Of a stretch of DNA of 64,000 bases, positions 1 through 13,400 are shown piece by piece. Every line of letters starts with the position of its first letter. Positions within the stretch are counted from its first letter, which is position 1. A model generated the notes under the pieces. That model worked only from the letters and a program-made list of their open reading frames with translations. It searched no databases and was not told where the DNA came from. Source of the DNA: the human T2T-CHM13v2.0 reference genome, Homo sapiens; the NCBI RefSeq assembly GCF_009914755.1, contig NC_060927.1; one strand, given 5' to 3'. The position numbers were made by a program, and so were the translations under genes.

Positions 1-200
1 TGGGTCATGCTAAGTTTGAGATAGATCAGATATCTAAGCTGAGGGGCCAAGTAGAAGGCTGAATATATAAAAGTCTGTGGTTCTGCAGATAGATCAAGGC
101 TGGAGACATGGGTTCCAGGACCATCAGCCCAAAGATGGTATTCAAGCTGGGATCCTGGTTGAGATCATCTGGAGCATGTTTGCTTTCTGATGAAAGTGAT
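1..200 (-). mobile_element. L2 LINE fragment (old, diverged)
   Basis: Resembles reverse-strand L2 (gctggagacatgggttccaggaccatcagcccaaagatggta); boundaries approximate. Confidence 0.4.
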
Positions 201-504
201 AGAGAAGTCATTGTTAAGGGGATGGGATCCAGAGCTCAAGTGGACGGGGAATCTCTGGAGACACTTCATCCAGAGAAAAGAAAAGGTGGAGAATTTTACA
301 TAGATGCTGGTAGGTTAGGAGTCTACATTCTAGGTTGATGAAGGAGTTCCTTTCTGATTATTTCTAAAGTCTCAATGAAAAATGAGAAAAGTCACCAGCT
401 TAGAGTGAGCACAGGGGAACAGGTATTAGAAGTTGAAATGATCAATCAACCAATTTTTCAATGCCTTTCCAAAAGACCGTCAACCCCATAAAAGTAGTAG
501 GGGT

Positions 505-607
505 TGGGCCTGTCTTATTCATTCTTGTTCCTAGTGCCTTGCAAGTTGCTGCACATAAAGTGTTCAATAAACAATTGCTGAATGAAAGAGTCAGTGATTG
601 AATGAAA
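505..607 (+). mobile_element. L2 3' end fragment
   Basis: Typical L2 terminus tgtcttattcatt...tgttcaataaacaattgctgaatgaa. Confidence 0.55.
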
Positions 608-619
608 GTTAGACACCTC

Positions 620-1461
620 TGGTAGTTATTTATTCCATATAACCATCTACTCCTGAACTTTGTGGCTTAAAACAACCATTTATGATTACCTCTCACCATT
701 CTGTGGCCTTGATGAGCTCAGAGATGTAGTTCTTACTTAGGGTTCCTCATATGATTCCAGTCAAATAACTGGGGTTGGCTTACAGCTTCTTTACTAATGT
801 GTCTGATGCCTGTGATGTCTGAGACATTTGGGTACTGGTGGGGCATCTCTGTCTCCATATGGTTTCTTCTTCTTTTTTTTTTTTTTTTTTTTTTTCACTC
901 TGTTGCCAGGCTGGAGTGCAGTGGTGCAATCTTGGCTCACTACAACCTCCGCCCCCCAGGTTCAAAGCGGTTCTCCTGCCTCAGCCTCCCGAGTAGCTGG
1001 GACTACAGGCACGTGCCACCACGCCCAGCTAATTTTTGTATTTTTAGTAGAGATGGGGTTTCACCATGTTGGCCAGGATGGTCTCTTTCTCTTGACCTAG
1101 TGATCCGCCCACCTCGGCCTCCCAAAGTGCTGGGATTACAGGCGTGAGCCACCGCACCCGGACATGGTTTCTTCTTCTTTGCTGGCTTGGTCTTCCTTAC
1201 AGCATAGTGGTCTCAGGGTCGTTGGATTTCTTCCATAATGGCTGGCTTTCTTCAGGGATTGCTTCTCCCACAATTTGTGTTCCAAGGGACCCTGGTGGAC
1301 TCTGCAAGGCTTCTTAAATCCTAGCCTTAGAAGTGTCACAGCATCACTATTTCTGTTGGTTAAAACAGTCACACATCAGCCCAGATTCAAGGGGGTGAAG
1401 GGATAGAATTCACTAACAGGAGAAGAAATTGAGGCAGCATTCTTGGAGACAAGCTACAACA
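620..1461 (-). mobile_element. MLT1-family MaLR LTR, interrupted by an Alu
   Basis: Reverse MLT1 motifs gtggcttaaaacaaccatttat ... ctattggttaaaacagtcaca-like ... ttggagacaagctacaaca. Confidence 0.65.
873..1163 (-). mobile_element. AluSc-like SINE, full length
   Basis: Poly(T) followed by both Alu arms; ccaggatggtctc..ctcttgacct and tgttgcc-aggctgg are AluSc-like; 17-bp TSD atggtttcttcttcttt at 859-875 and 1164-1180. Confidence 0.93.
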
Positions 1462-2450
1462 TTCATGCAAATGTGTCATGCAGACCTGGAATTTAGATGA
1501 AAGAATAGAACTAGAGACCAAAAATAGAAATCACAGACAGAGATAAGAGAGGTGGATTCACAAGAATGGACTGGACCCCTCAAAGGAGAAATGGTAAAAA
1601 GCCTGAGCCTTGGAGGACATTCCCCCACCAGCAACCAAAGGCAAAGGAGAGAGAAGAGGGAGGACAGGGGAGGGAGAGATAAAAAGGAGGTGGGAGGACC
1701 AAGGTAAAGGAGGTGAGGAGACAGAGCTGGGGGAAAAGAGAGAGAGAGAATATTAGATTTAGAGTCTAACTTTAGCTTATGGAATAAATAAGAACCCAAA
1801 TTATCTGAAGAGTAAAATCAAATTCTCAAATCTGTTTTTAGAGACTACTCAGCCTAATTGATAAAATTAATTGCAGTTGCTACTTTAACCCTCAACGGAG
1901 CAGAAGCTTAAAATTTGCTGTTTAGATTTCAGTTTCTAGTTATACCTGAGGTTGTTCCAGCTTGGTTAGGTTCAAGCCGGTGAAAGGCAGGCTGGTACTA
2001 ATGATTCTTGTAAAGATTGCCATTCACATACCCTGCTGTATGCTTGATTGAGTTTCATGAAGCCTTCAAAAAGTAGTGATTTGGTTATGCTCTGAGTTTG
2101 AAAAAGGACCATTATTATACCAGATTTAAAATTGGATTTGGGTTAGCTCAGTTATCTGACTCATCACTAATTTTCTTTGACAATTAAGTCAATTCTTGGG
2201 TATACCTTGTATCTGAGTCTCAGTTTTCATTGAGAAATAAGATTTTATCTTTGCAAAGTTAGAAAAGGGAAAAGATAAAGCAGCAGGTCCTGTCAAAAGG
2301 AAAGGTGAATTCAATGTCAAATGGTGGGACTGTGAAATTAGAGAGCCAGGGGCTCTAATGAGGAGTTGTTCAAAGGACAGAGAACAAAGGGGTGAAGAAA
2401 ATGACGGAAGGAAGAGGAAGTCAAATTGGCCTAGCTGAGCTGATATGTTT

Positions 2451-2527
2451 TCTCGATTTCTTGACCTCGTGATCCGCCCGCCCTGGTCTCCCAAAGTGCT
2501 GGGATTACAGGCGTGAGCCACTGCGCC
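2451..2527 (-). mobile_element. 3'-truncated (tailless) Alu, first ~80 nt of the left arm only
   Basis: Minus strand reads ggcgcagtggctcacgcctgtaatcccagcactttggg...gaggtcaagaaatcgaga with no poly(A); flanked by direct repeat tgat(a/g)tgttttctc at 2441-2454 and 2529-2542. Confidence 0.88.
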
Positions 2528-3689
2528 TTGATGTGTTTTCTCTTAGAAACCTTTCGAGGATCTAGCAGTACTCTACTTTGCACAAAAAAAGAAATACTTC
2601 AATTAATCATTTTATTTAAGGTAGAGTCATACAATGTATGTGATTTTTAAAAAAATGATAGCCTAGTTAAAATGTAGCTAGAATCCTTTATATCAGCTGG
2701 TGTCTGTAAATATGCTCACATTCTTACACAGACACTTCATGACTTCTGCTCCAAGCTCAGAGTTAAGACGAGCGAGAAGCTTCATTTGTCCCTAAGTCTT
2801 GAACTGTTTGTAATAAGCGATTACTCCTACTTTAAGTTAAATTTCCCATGTTGAGCCAGCCTAGAATGTTGATGCTGGAAGGTACTTCCCGGCTCATTCA
2901 TCTCTACCCCTCATTTAGCAGATGAGAACACACCATTCAGCCGATGAGAACACAGGCATCAGAACCCAAATGATAAGCCTATTCATTTTATTTTAAAGAC
3001 TGTGAATTTCACAAGAGATTTTTTAGATGAAATTGTATAGATGCCTTCAAAAAATCATTAATAGAATATTATTCCCTCTCATATCATCCGAATAAACTCA
3101 TCATTGCCATAAATGTTTTGAATAAAGCCACAACAAAATATGAGCTGTCCTTTGAACCTCACTTTCAATGTCTTCAAAGCTACTCTTCTGGGCTTTGCAA
3201 ACTCCTTGGCAAAATTAGTCTTTTAAGTCTGAATAGAAAATATCTTCACAGTGAAACTGTATTAGTTAGGGTAACCTCACTGCTGTTAATGAATAAAACT
3301 CTTAATCAATAGCCTTGTAAGATACTTGCAAGTAGCAGTGACATGGAAGAAAACCTCTCAGGAAGAATACTATGTCTTTCACACACGGGCCATTTTTCCT
3401 GTTACATAAACACTGTGGTCCTTGTTGCTGTTTACCTTTTTTGGGATTAGAAGGGCAAAAGTAAGATAGATGTCCTTCTGGGATGTGCACTGGCTCCCAA
3501 GCTAAGCCTTTCACTATGGTGCCATGAATTTATGTAATCTTGGGTCAAGGCCTGCTGTCAGGCAAAAATTAAGCTTTATCAGGTCACTCAAAGTTGATGG
3601 ACAGCAAAGCACTGATTTGTTTCAACTGATTAATGAAGGACCAATTGTCTAAACCAGAATCCTAGACTCAGGATAGCTCAGGGATTATG

Positions 3690-3905
3690 ACCACGGGCTT
3701 TGGACTCAGAACTATGTCCTTATCTTCACTCTGCCACTATGTGGAGCAATGTGATCTTGGACAACTGACCTAATCTTGCTAAGCCTCAGTTTCCTCATCT
3801 AGAAAACGGAGACACTACGTACCTCAGAGAATAACTGCAAAGACTAAATTAGATTGTAAAGTGTTTAGTGGCTGTCAGGTGCAAAGTAAACACTGATGTT
3901 GCTAT
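3690..3905 (+). mobile_element. MIR SINE
   Basis: MIR core aagcctcagtttcctcatctagaaaa with upstream gggctttggactcaga. Confidence 0.7.
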
Positions 3906-4367
3906 TATGATTCTGAAAGTGGTTGTTTTATTGGGAGACATTCTTTGAAATGCCTGAAAGATTCATGTATAACGTGCAGGATCAGGGCATAAACCTGAAG
4001 TTGCTCAGTGAAGATGAAATCTGATCAAGGCCACAGACAGGGGCAATAGATTAGCAGTACCTCCTCAGAGAGAGAATCTTTCTAGGGCTGAATTCCTGTT
4101 TGTCTGAGTCAGTGTCTCACTCCTTTGCATGTGCCTGCTCTATCATAGATATTCAATAAATATTTTCGCACTGACTGAGCATGCTGGACAACAATGTATA
4201 CTTTTTGCTCACTGGGTTTTCTTTTTCTATGCTTCATTCTCACCATCTCATGATAAAATTGATTCAGTTTTTATTCACTAAATTCAATCAATTTCAAATC
4301 TGCTTCCCAGAAATTAAACTTAGGTGACCTTGATTGCAGTCCTGGGTATTCTAAAACATTCTCATTC

Positions 4368-4661
4368 TTTTTTTTATTTTTTAGATGGGGTCTCACTGTC
4401 ATCCGGGCTGGAGTAGAATGGCGTGATCTCGGCTCACTGCAACGTCTGTCTCCCAGGTTCGAGCGATTCTTGTGCCTCAGCCTTCTGAGTAGCTGGAATT
4501 ACAAACATGCACCACCATAACCGGCTAATTTTTGTATTTTTAGTAGAGATGAGGCTTCACCATGTTGACCAGGCTGGTCTCAAACCCCTGACCTCAAGTG
4601 ATTCATCTGCTTTGGCCTCCCAAAGTGCTGGGATTACAGGCGTGAGCCACCATGCCTGGCC
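4368..4661 (-). mobile_element. AluS (Sx/Sz-like) SINE
   Basis: Full dimer; TSD ac(a/g)ttctcattc at 4356-4367 and 4662-4673. Confidence 0.93.
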
Positions 4662-4704
4662 ACGTTCTCATTCGTTAATTCCACTTAAAAAATTGCAACT
4701 CATA

Positions 4705-5015
<311 letters not shown>

Positions 5016-5032
5016 TTACACAAAGACATATG

Positions 5033-5757
5033 ACTTAAATGTAAAACCTAAAACTATAAAAAACCTAGAAGAAAACCTAGGAAATACCATTCTGGACACA
5101 GGCCCTGGAAAGAGTTCATGATAAAGACTCCAGAAGCAATTGCAACCAACAAAAAAATTGATAAGTGGGACCTAATTAAACCAAGAGCATCTGCACAGCA
5201 AAAGAAACTATCAACAGAGTAAACAGACAACCTACAGAATGGGAGAAAATATTTGCAAACTATGCATCTGACAAAGGTCTAATATCCAGAATCTGTAAGG
5301 AACTTAAGCAAATCAATAAGCAAAAAATAAATAACCCCATTAAAAAATGGGCAAAGGACATGAACAGATACTCTCAAAAGAACACATACACATGGGCAAG
5401 CATGTGAAAAAATTCTCAACATCACTAATCATTAGAGAAATACAAATCAAAGCCACAATGAGACACCATCTCACACCAGTCATAATGGCAATTAATAAAA
5501 AGTCAAAAAATGACACGCTGGCAAAGTTGCAGAGAAAAGGGAACACTTAGACACTGCTGGTGGGAGTGTAAATTAGTTCAGCCACTGTGGAAAGCAATCT
5601 GGAGATTTCTCAAAGAACTTAAAACAGAACTACCACTTGACCCAGCAATCCCGTTATTGGGTATGTACCCAACGGAATATAAATTGTTCTACCATAAAGA
5701 CACATGCACATGTATGTTCATCACAGCACTATTCACAATAGCAAAGACATGGAATCA
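5033..5757 (+). mobile_element. 5'-truncated L1PA15/16-like LINE, left part (ORF2 C-terminus and start of 3' UTR)
   Basis: L1 ORF2 C-terminal peptides (LNVKPKTIKNLEENLGNTILD; [13 protein letters not shown]); sequence resumes at 12497; outer TSD aaaga(c/t)atatg at 5022-5032 and 12937-12947. Confidence 0.85.
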
Positions 5758-5883
5758 GCCCAAACCAGGATTAAGATGGCGAATAGGAGGCAGGACTAGC
5801 TTGCAGCTCCTGCTCATATGGAGAGAGCAGCATGTGGAGACTCACATCATGAGCTTTTTTGCTACAATTCTTGTAGCACAGGA

Positions 5884-6096
5884 ACATACCAGGAAAGCCG
5901 AGGGAATCCACAGACGTTTGAAGCAACTGGATCACTGCTTCAGGCTCCCTGAGATGCTGAAAAACTGAGTCAACTTGCTTTCTCAGGCACATACCAGGAA
6001 AGCCGAGAGAATCCACAGACAGTTTGAAGGAACTGGATCACTGCTGCAGGCTCCCTGAGATGCTGAAAAACTGTGAGTTAACTTGTTTTCTCAGCC
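5884..6096 (+). repeat. ~105-bp tandem duplication in the L1 5' UTR
   Basis: Two copies of acataccaggaaagccgag...ctttctcag at 5884-5988 and 5989-6096, with several differences. Confidence 0.9.
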
Positions 6097-8595
6097 GGGA
6101 GGCTCATGGTCTGGGGCAAGTTCTCAGCCCTGGTCATGGGCTGCCTAGAAATAGACTTGGTGCTGTTGCAGGGCCTCGGTGGGAGTGAGACCAGCCTTTA
6201 GGACTGTGGGCTGAGTGGGAGTGAAGTGAGGCCTGTGACTGCCAGCTTTCCCCCACTTCCCTGGCAACCTGTATGACTCAGCAGAAGCAGCCATAATCCT
6301 CCAGGGAATATAGCTCCCTTGGACTGGGAGCCACACACCCATTCCCCACAGCAGCTGCAGCAAACTCCGCCCAAGGAGAGGCTCAGCTCAGACACACCTA
6401 TCCCTGTCCCCACTAGATGGTCTTTCTCTACCTGCCCTGGTAGCGGAAGATAAAGGTCATAATCTCTTGGGAGCTCTATGGCCCTGCCCACTGCCTGAGA
6501 AACCTGAATACTTAACCAGGTCTCCCTAGGGTAAATTTGCATCCTCCTTACAGGGCCGCAGCTGATAAACTCTTGAAAGTGGCACTTCCTGCCTGGAGCT
6601 TAACCAACACAAAACCAGTGCACTAAACAAAAACACAACCAAAGATCCTCACAGAGTCCACTTCAGTCTCCTGCTACCTCCACTGGAGCAGGTGCTGGTA
6701 TCCATGCCTGCAAGGCCTGAAAACGGATCACATCACAGGACTCTTTGCAGACACTCCTCAGTACCAGCCCAGAGCCTGGTAGCTCTGCTGGGTGGTAAGA
6801 CCCAGAAAAGCAAAAACAACCATTACAGTTCAGCTCTCAGGAAGCCACATTCCTAGGGGAAGGGGGAGAACACCACATCAAGGGAGCACCCCATGGGACA
6901 AAAGAATCTGAAGAGCAGCCCTTGAATCCCAGGTCTTCCCTCTGACATAGTCTACCCAAATGAGAAGGAACCAGAAACACACTTCTGGCAGTATGACAAA
7001 ACACAGTTCTTTAACACGCCCAAAAGATCATACCAGCTCACCAGCAATGGATCCAAACCAAGACAGAATCTCTGAACTGCCAAAAAAAGAATTCAGAATT
7101 AAGCTAATACAGGAGGCACCAGAGAAAGATAAAATCCAACTTAAAGAAATGAAAAACATGATACAGGATATGAAAGGAAAATTCTTCAGTGAAACAGATA
7201 GCATAAATAAAAAACAATCGCAACTTATGCAAATCAAGGACACATTTAGAGAAATGCAAAGTGCACTGGAAAGTCTCCGCAATACAATCGAACAAGCAGA
7301 AGAAACAACTCCAGAGCTTGGAGACAAGGCTTTTGAATTAACACAATCCATCAAAGACAAAGAGAAAGGAATTTTTTAAAATAAACAAAGCCTCCAAGAA
7401 GTTTGGGACTATGTTAAACCTTCCAAATAATTGGTGAGTAATTGGTGTTCCAGAGGAAGAAGAGAAATCTAAAAGTCTGGAAAACATATTTGCGCTAATA
7501 ATCGATGAAAATTTCCCTGGCTTTGCTAGAGATCTAGACATCCAAATACAAGAAGCTCAAAGAACACCTGGGAAATTCATCACAAAAAGAACACCCTCTA
7601 GGCACATAATCATCAGGTTACCTAAAGTCAAGACAAAGGAAAGAATCTTAAGAGTTGTGAGGCAAAAGCATCAGGTAACCTGCAAAGGAAAACTTAACAG
7701 ATTAGCAGCAGATTTCTCAGCAGAAACCCTATGAGCTAGAAGGGATTGGGGACCTATTTTTTAGCCTCCTTAAACAAAACAATTATCAGCCAAGAATTTT
7801 GTATCCAGCAAAACTGAGCTTCATAAATGAAGGAAAGATACAGTCTTTTCCAAACAAACAAATGCCGAGAGAATCTGCCACTACCAAGACAGCACTACAA
7901 GAACTGCTAAAAGGAGCTCTAAATCTTGAAGCAAATCCTTGAAATACACCAAAACAGAACCTCCTTGGAGCATAAATCTCACAGGACCTATATAACAATA
8001 ACACAATGAAAAAAGCCAAGGTATTCAGGCAACAAATGCACAATGAATAGAATAGTAACTCACATCTCAGCACTAACATTCAATGTAAATGTCCTAAATG
8101 CTCCACTTAAAAGATACAGAACAGTAGAATGAATAAGAATTCACCAGCCAAGTTTCTGTGTCTTCAGGAGACTCACCTAACCCTTAAGGACTCATATAAA
8201 CACACGTAAGGACTCATATAAACTTAAGGTAAAGGGGTGGAAAAAGATATTCCATGCAAATGGACACCAAAAGCAAGCAGGAATAGCTATTCTTATATCA
8301 GACAAAACAAACTTTAAAGCAACAACAGTTTAAAAAGACAAAGTGGGACATTATATAATGATAAAAGGACTAGCCCAACAGGAGAATATCACAATTCTAA
8401 ATATATATGCACTTAACACTGGAGCTCCCAAATTTATAAAGCAATTACTATGACCTAATAAATGAGATAGATGGTAACACAATAATAATGGGGGACTATA
8501 CTCCACTGACAGCACTAGACAGGTCATCAAGACAGAAAGTCAACAAAGAAACAGTGAACCTAAATCTAAATGTACCCTACGACAAATGGACTTAA

Positions 8596-9008
<413 letters not shown>

Positions 9009-11984
9009 TAGAATATACATTCTATTCATCAGCACATGGATCATTCTCCAAGAGAGATCATATGATAGGCCAACACACAAGTCTCAGTAAATTTAAGAAA
9101 ACTGAAATTATATCAAGTACTCTCTCAGACCACAGTGGAATAAAATTGGAAAACAACTTCAAAAGGAACTCTCAAAACCATGCAAATATGTGGAAATTAA
9201 ATAACTTGCTCCTGAACGTTGGGTCAACAATGAAATCAGGATGGAAATTAAAAAATTCTTTGAACTGAATGATAATAGTGACATAACCTATCAAAACCTC
9301 TGGGATACAGCAAAAGCATTGCTAAGAGGAAAGTTCATTAAATGCCCACACCAAAAAGACTGAAAGAGCACAAATAAATAATCTAAGGTCAGACCTCATG
9401 GAACTGGAGAAACAAGAATAATTCAAACCCAAATCCAGCAGAAGGAAAGAAAGAACTAAGATCAGAGGAGAACTAAATAAAATTGGGAAAAAATACAAAA
9501 GATAAATGAAACAAAAAGCTGGTTCTTTGAAAAGATAAATAAAATTGATAGACCATTAGTGAGATTAACCAAGAAAAGAAGAGAGACAATCCAAATAAGC
9601 TCAATTAGAAACGAAATGGGAGATATTAGTACTGACAGCACAGAAATACAAAAGATTATTCAAGGCTATCATGAACACCTTTATGCCCATAAACTAGAAA
9701 ACCTAGAGGGGATAGATAAATTCCTGGAAATATACAATCCCCTTGATTAAACCAGGAAAATATAGAATGTCTGAACAGACCAATAACAAGCAGCAAGATT
9801 GAAAGGGTAATAAAAAACTGCCAACAAAAAATGTCCAGGACCAGAGAGATTCAAAGCTGAATTCTATCAGATATTCAAAGAATTGGTACCAAACCTATTG
9901 ACACTATTACAAAAGACGGAGAAAAGAGACTCCTCCCTAAATCATTCTATGAAGCCAGTATCACCCTAATATTAAAATGAAGGAAGGACGTAACAAAAAA
10001 GAAAACTACAGACCAATATCCCAGATGAACATAGATGCAAAAATCCTCAACAAAATGCTAGTGAACCAAATCCAACAGCATATCAAAAAGATAATCCACC
10101 ATGATCAAAAGGGTTTTATACTAGGGATGCAGGGATGGTTTAACATGTGTAAGTCAATAAATGTGATACACCACTTAAACAGAATTAAAAACAAAAATCA
10201 CTTGATCATCTCAATATATGCAGAAAAAACATTTGACAAAATCCAGTACCCATTATGATTAAAAACCTCAGCAAAATTGACATCAAGGGACATACCTTAA
10301 CATAGTAAAATCCATCTATCACAAACCCACAGTCAATATTATACCAAATGGGGAAAAGTTGAAAGCATTCCCCCTGAGAACTAGAACAAGACAAGGATGC
10401 CCACTTTCACCACTTCTGTTCAACATAGTACTGGAAGTCCTAGCCAGAGAAATCAGACAAGAGAAAGAAATAAAAGGCATCCACATCAGTAAAGAGAATT
10501 GCTGTTTGCTGATGATATGATTGTATACCTAAAAAACTCTAAAGACTCATCCAAAAAAAAGTTTCTAGAACTGGTAAATGAGTTCAGCAAAGTTTCAGGA
10601 TACAAATTTAATGTACATAAGTCAGTAGCTCTACTATACACCAACAGTGACCAAGATGAGAATCAAATCAAGAACTCAGCACCTTTCACAATAGCTGCAA
10701 AAAAACAAAATACTTAGGGATATACCTAACCAAGGACATGAAGGACCTCTACAAGGAAAACTACAAAACACTGCTGAAAGAAATCATAGATGATACAAGC
10801 AAAGAGAAACACATCCCATGTTCATGGATGGGTAGAATCAATACTGTGAAAATGACGATACTGCCAAAAGCAATGCACAAATTCAATGCAATTCCCATCA
10901 ATATACCATGATCATTCTTCTCAGAACTAGAAAAAAAAAGTCTTAAAATTCATATGGAACCAAAAAAGAGCCCACATAGCAAAAGCAGGACTAAGAAAAA
11001 AGAACAAATCTGGAGGCATCACATTACCTAACTTCAAACTATACTATAAGGCCATAGTCACCAAAACAGCATGGTATTGGTATAAAAATAGGCACATAGA
11101 CCAATGGAACAGAATAGAGAACCGAGAAATAAACTCTAATACAGCCAACTAATCTTTGACAAAGCAAACAAAAACATAAAGTGGGGAAAGGACACCCTGT
11201 TCAACAAATGGTGCTGGGATAATTGGCAAGCCACATGCAGAAGAATGAAACTGGATCCTCATCTCTCACCTTATAAAAAAAATCAACTTGAGATGGATCA
11301 AAGACTTAAATCTAAGACCTGAAACCATAAAGATTCTAGAAGATAACATTGGAAAAACCCTTCTAGACATTGGCTTAGGCAAAGACTTCATGACTAAGAA
11401 CTCAAAAGTAAATGCAACAAAAACAAAAATAAATAGATGGGATTTAATTAAACTAAAAAGCTTCTACACAGAAATAATCAGCAGAGTTAACAGACAACCC
11501 ACAGAGTGGGAGAAAATCTTCACAATCTATACATCCAACAAAGAACTAATATCCAGAATCTACAAAGAATTCAAACAAATCAGCAAGAAAAAACAAACAA
11601 TCCCATCAAAAAGTGGGCTAAGGACATGAACAGACAATTCTCAAAATAAGATGTACAAACGGCCCACAAGCATATGGAAAAATGCTCAACATCACTAATT
11701 ATCAGGGAAATGCAAATCAAAACCACAATTCCATACCACCTCACTCCTGCAAGAATGGCCATAATGAAAAAATAAAAAAAAATAGATGTTGGCATGGATA
11801 TGGTGAAAACAGAACACTTCTACACTGCTGGTGGGAATATAAACTAGTACAACCACTATGGAAAACAGTGTGGAGATTCCTTAAAGAACTAAAAGTAGAT
11901 CTAGTGTTTGATCCAGCAATCCTATTACTAGGTACCTACCCAGAGGAAAATAAGTCATTATGCGGAAAAGATACTTGCACAGTG

Positions 11985-12012
11985 ATATATATCACATGTA
12001 TCTATATATATC

Positions 12013-12062
<50 letters not shown>

Positions 12063-12072
12063 CACACACACA
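11985..12072. repeat. Compound (TA)n(CA)n microsatellite in the L1PB1 3' UTR
   Basis: Alternating TA and CA runs read directly. Confidence 0.9.
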
Positions 12073-12496
12073 CCATGGAATACTACTCAGCCATAAAAAG
12101 GAATGAAATAATGGCATTCACAGCAACCTGGGTGGAATTGGAGACTATTATTTTAAGTGAAGTAACTCAGGAATGAAAAACCAAACATTGTTATGTTCTC
12201 ACTCATATGTGGGAGCTAAGCTATGACGATGTAAAGGTATAAGAATAATACATTGGACTTTGGAGGCTCAGGGAAAGGGTGGGGGGTGGCAAGGGATAAA
12301 AGACTACACACTGAGTACAGCATACACTGCTTGGGTGATGGGTGCACCAAAATCCCAGAAATTACCACTGAAGAGCTTATTCATGTAACCAAACACCACC
12401 TGCTCCCCCAAAACCTATTGAAATAAAAAAATTTTTAAAATGTAAAGCAAAAAATAAAAAATAAATTAATAAAACAACTCCTTCCCCCCACCAAAA

Positions 12497-12939
12497 AAAG
12501 ACATGGAATCAACCTAGATGCCCATTGACAGTGGGCTAGATAAAGAAAATGTGGTACATATACACCCTGGAATACTATGCAGCCATAATAAAGAATGAGA
12601 TCATGTTCTTTGTAGCAACATGGATGGAGCTGAAGGCCATTATCCTAAGAATATTAATGCAGGAATCCAAAAATCAAATACTGCATGTTCTCATTTATAA
12701 CTGGGAGTTAAATGTTAACTACACATGTACACAAAGGAGACAACAAAAGATTCTGGAGCCGCTTGCGGGTGAAGGGTGGGAGGAGAGTGAGGATTGAAAA
12801 ACTACCTATCAAGTGCTGTACTCATTACCTGGGTGACAAAATTCTTTGTGTATCAAATCCCCACAACATGTAATTTACCCATGTAACAAACCTGCACATG
12901 TATCCCTGAACCTAAAGTAAAAGTTGGGAAGGAAAAAAA
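12497..12939 (+). mobile_element. L1PA15/16-like 3' UTR, right part of the element starting at 5033
   Basis: Resumes at aaagacatggaatcaacctagatgccc; ends gtaacaaacctgcacatgtatccctgaacctaaagtaaaagtt plus short A tail. Confidence 0.85.
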
Positions 12940-13009
12940 GATATATGCATACAAATAAATATTCATGTAATAACAAAAACTAAACCAAAACATGAAGTTT
13001 ACGAGAGTT

Positions 13010-13400
13010 ATTCACACTGGAAATATAAATTTGGGTGTCATCAGCGTACAGATGGTGTTTAAAGCCAAGAGACTTGCAGAGATCACTAAGGGAGTAAGTG
13101 CACATAGAGCAGGAAAGGGCTTGGAGGACTGGGGGTTGGGGGGAAGGTGTCTAAATTTAGAGATCAGAGAGAGGATTAAAGAAAAAAACTGCAGAGGAGA
13201 CTGAGAAGGAGTAGTTGGAGGTGGGAGGAAAACCAGATGTGTGTGGTGTCAGGAGTGAGCCACTGTGACAACAAGAGATTTGCCATAGGATTTACCACTG
13301 TGGGAGCTTTGCTGAAGTTGCCTGTGATAAAGTTAACTGGGATAAAGGAAAACCTCACTAGAGTAGATTTAAGTGAGAATGGTGGGGAAGACTTGGAAAC
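13010..13400 (-). mobile_element. L2 LINE fragment
   Basis: ggaaatataaatttgggtgtcatcagcgtacagatggtgtttaaagcc is a typical reverse-strand L2 segment. Confidence 0.65.

Noticed and set aside
797-1147. 116-aa ORF and similar ORFs at 4507, 8635, 16781, 34905 and 42170
   Set aside because: Standard Alu-derived reading frames (LECSG, SASRVAG, PKVLGLQ).
8185-8223. Short direct repeats (taaggactcatataaac twice; similar at ~2915-2953, ~28470-28505 and ~29837-29858)
   Set aside because: Ordinary slippage micro-duplications.
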